From: Octopus vulgaris
Lineage: Eukaryota
NCBI GenBank assembly: GCA_951406725.2
Contig: OX597815.1
Coordinates: 40,796,001 to 40,860,000, forward strand
Length of the DNA stretch: 64,000 nucleotides
Direction: 5' to 3'
Both the position numbers and the translations under genes were made by a program. Below are positions 60,766 through 64,000 of this stretch, piece after piece. Numbering within the stretch: the stretch's first letter is position 1; every line of letters starts with the position of its first letter. A model generated the notes under the pieces. It searched no databases, was not told where the DNA came from, and was given only the letters and a program-made list of their open reading frames with translations.

Positions 60766-61090
60766 TAACGATTAAATAATTAAATTTAGAAAAATTAGAA
60801 GAAAAGTTTTTTTAAAAGAATATTTCTGTAGTAGTGTTCAGATATAAGTAGCATTCTGCCTTTCTCTGACTCCCTTGTTTGCACTTGTGTGTTCGAGGTC
60901 GTTTTGAGTTCTTGGTAGGATAGGTGAAGAACCTATCCTACCAAGAACTCAAAACGACCTCGAACACACAAGTGCAAACAAGGGAGTCAGAGAAAGGCAG
61001 AATGCTACTTATATCTGAACACTACTACAGAAATATTCTTTTAAAAAAACTTTTCTTCTAATTTTTCTAAATTTAATTATTTAATCGTTA

Positions 61091-61128
61091 CAGTTGAAAA
61101 GGTCTCAAAATGACCGAAACCGGTACTG
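61091..61128 (+). ncRNA. Minimal hammerhead ribozyme with compensatory U3-A8 core
   Basis: CAG-TTGAAAA-GGTC-tcaaaat-GACC-GAAA-CCGG-TA-CTG. Confidence 0.75.
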
Positions 61129-61215
61129 AAAGATTCACTATAAAATTATCTTAGCATTTTCTATTTTTGACTTGTTTTTTCATATATATCAACTCGTGTG
61201 TTCCTTTCCACCCTT

Positions 61216-61720
<505 letters not shown>

Positions 61721-62035
61721 TGCATTTATGGGTACAGGACATCAAAAAGACATTGTACACAAGGAGAAACAAAAACATAGAAACAAACTTTTTTTCAAAC
61801 GCAAAAAACAGGGAACCAGACATACAAATTCCCCTTCTTCAGTTGTCCCTGTTTCATCTACTCCATGTTTCGAAGGTAAGGACAAGATGCGACTTCATTG
61901 AAACACTCCTTCCTGCAAAGCAGATTAAATAAAATTTTGGATTTTTTGCAGAGGGTTAAAGTGGTAATAAGAACAGGACAGTGAGAACAAAACAGTAAAA
62001 ACAATAAAAAGTAAAAACAGTAAAAGACAGGACAA

Positions 62036-62103
<68 letters not shown>

Positions 62104-63194
62104 ATGTGTGTGTGTATGGATGTATATGTATGTATCCCCCCCCAACAGTCATGCATGTCAATTATCTGGCATCATATGGTGAATGAAAAATTAGATGTAG
62201 ACATAAGTTAAATTACTTATATAATAAGTTTAGCTAATTTGTGTATATATATAAACTCTATTTTATGTTACTAATTGTTGTAGTTATAATTTGTAGTAGT
62301 AGAATGTGTATAAATTAGTATGAGATTATATAGTGTATATTACATAATTAGAATAAGATTAACTAAGATGTTTATAAAACAAATTAATTAATGAAAATAG
62401 ATTAAATTATAGAAATTTAGCTTCATTTATGCATATTATGTATTTTATGTATTTTAGTTTTAAATTATTTAGACTTTAAAATTTTCCAGTAAATGGTATA
62501 TTACAGTTAATTTTTTCTCTTATTCTCACAGCTAAAATACATTTTGTCATTTTTACATAGCTTTAATACATATTTCTATCTATTTATTCTATAATTTTTA
62601 TTTACGCCATGTTTTCACGTTATAAATTTCTTATAAACGCTAAGTTCTATGTATTACATTTAAAATTTTAGTTAACAGAAATTCTTCAAAAAGTTATGAT
62701 TTTATTTTAAGTAATATTGTTAAATTTTATTTGATTATTTATTGTCAAAACACGCATTTTTCTATATTTTTGTGTTAATTATTATAAGTTAAGATACGTA
62801 CATTTATTTTATTATTTTTATTATCATTATTATTATTTTAGATCTGATGAGTGACTATATTTTTAAAAAGAATTAATTTTAGATCAATTTAATTTTAAAT
62901 CGAATTGATTTTATTATTATTATTATCTATTTGAAGACATAGCTATGAGATGCGCATAGTCAATTTACTAATTATTGTTTATGTACGTTATTGATTTTTA
63001 GAATAATGTTTTTTATAGTATATTTAATTTTTTCTATATGGTGTGAATAATGTCTTTCAATATTGAATTGCTTAATAGAGGGTTTTCTGTAAATTATATA
63101 CATATATTATATATTGTGAAATTTGATTTAGAATTGCTAATTGAATTTTTCCCCGTAAGTTTGGAATTATATTCCCTGGTATTATTATCATATA

Positions 63195-63917
63195 AACTAC
63201 CTTTAACAGGTAATTTTAACACACTAAAAGAAGTGGTCAAAACGACCAAAACCACATTTAAGAGCAATTTTCGAAGGGAATGAAAAATAAAAACTAAAAA
63301 AAGTTAAAAAATTACCTGTTAAAGGTAGTTTTCTCTTCTGCTTAAATGTACACTATTTTATATTGAGAATATGTTGTCTATTGACTTTTTATACATCCTA
63401 TGCCACTGGTGGTGAAATTTCTAAAAATATTTGCCACTCTATATATTTTATGAATATGATTTCAGCATTTCGAAGATCTGTTCGGCTTTTTTCATTTACT
63501 GCCGACTGAAACTGTGCTTGCGCGGTGAATTTTGAAAAAATTATAACATATAATGATGAGACATGTGTTATTTGTCTCTAATTTATATGTTAATTGTTAT
63601 GGAACGGTTACTGATGAGGATTCGCCTAGCAAATTATTTTATTTGCTAAAGAAATCTGAAATCTAGGTATAACCGTAAAAAAATAACAAGGTAAAAGATT
63701 TTATTTTTCATTCCCTTCGAAAATTGCTCTTAAATGTTGTTTTGGTCATTTTGATTGCTTCTTCTAGCTTATAAAAATTGCCTGTTAAAGGTAGTTTTCT
63801 CTTGTGTTTAAATGTACACTATTTTATATTGAAAATATGTTGTCTATTGACTTTTTATACATGCCAGGCCACTGGTGGTTAAATTTCTAAAAATATTTGC
63901 CACCCTATATATTTTAC
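63195..63917 (+). mobile_element. Penelope pLTR-like arrangement (direct + inverted partial repeats around a hammerhead)
   Basis: 63307-63450 directly repeats 63774-63917; 63195-63292 is inverted relative to 63699-63797; HHR at 63604. Confidence 0.7.
63604..63676 (+). ncRNA. Type I minimal hammerhead ribozyme motif
   Basis: Stem I ACGGTTA/TAACCGT (7/7); CTGATGA; stem II GGATT/AATCT with inner TAGCAAAT/ATTTGCTA; GAAA; T-CTAG-G; GUA site at 63667-63669. Confidence 0.85.
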
Positions 63918-64000
63918 TGATCATATTATGTATATTTGTAATGGCTTTTATGTAATTCTCCTAATTATATACCCACGAGAAACTATAAAATCATATGTGT

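Larger units (their letters stand above)
60667..61189. repeat. Perfect palindrome, 259-bp arms with 5-nt loop (GAAGA)
   Basis: 60667-60925 is the reverse complement of 60931-61189 with no mismatch seen. Single diverged homolog at about 10640-10830. Confidence 0.95.

Noticed and set aside
62840-62970. GATCTGATGAGTGACTAT with distant ATAGTCA complement
   Set aside because: No GAAA after the putative stem II; at best a dead remnant.

Overview
AT-rich, repeat-dense eukaryotic DNA. The SINE/RTE families and (TA)n/(CA)n/(GAT)n microsatellites suggest an octopus or other coleoid cephalopod; this is an inference. One host gene could be assembled by hand: a minus-strand inhibitor-of-apoptosis gene (4xBIR-UBA-RING, about 546 aa) in six phase-compatible coding exons from 56934 down to 9226. 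It has a 31.8-kb intron splitting the UBA domain and a GC-AG intron. Most of the remaining sequence is transposon-derived: RTE LINEs (one young copy has a C4HC3 PHD-type finger inside the RT), an R4/Dong-like element, mariner/Tc1, hAT, a piggyBac-type MITE, Helitrons, a Gypsy remnant, tRNA-derived SINEs and Penelope-like remnants. The most striking unannotated signals are: (1) a set of minimal type I hammerhead ribozyme motifs with palindromic stem III, in or beside fold-back repeats and Penelope C-terminal fragments; (2) the PHD finger inside the RTE RT; (3) a recursive-splice-like IAP exon (AG|GTAAGT start, GC donor). All calls were made by eye and repeat boundaries are approximate.
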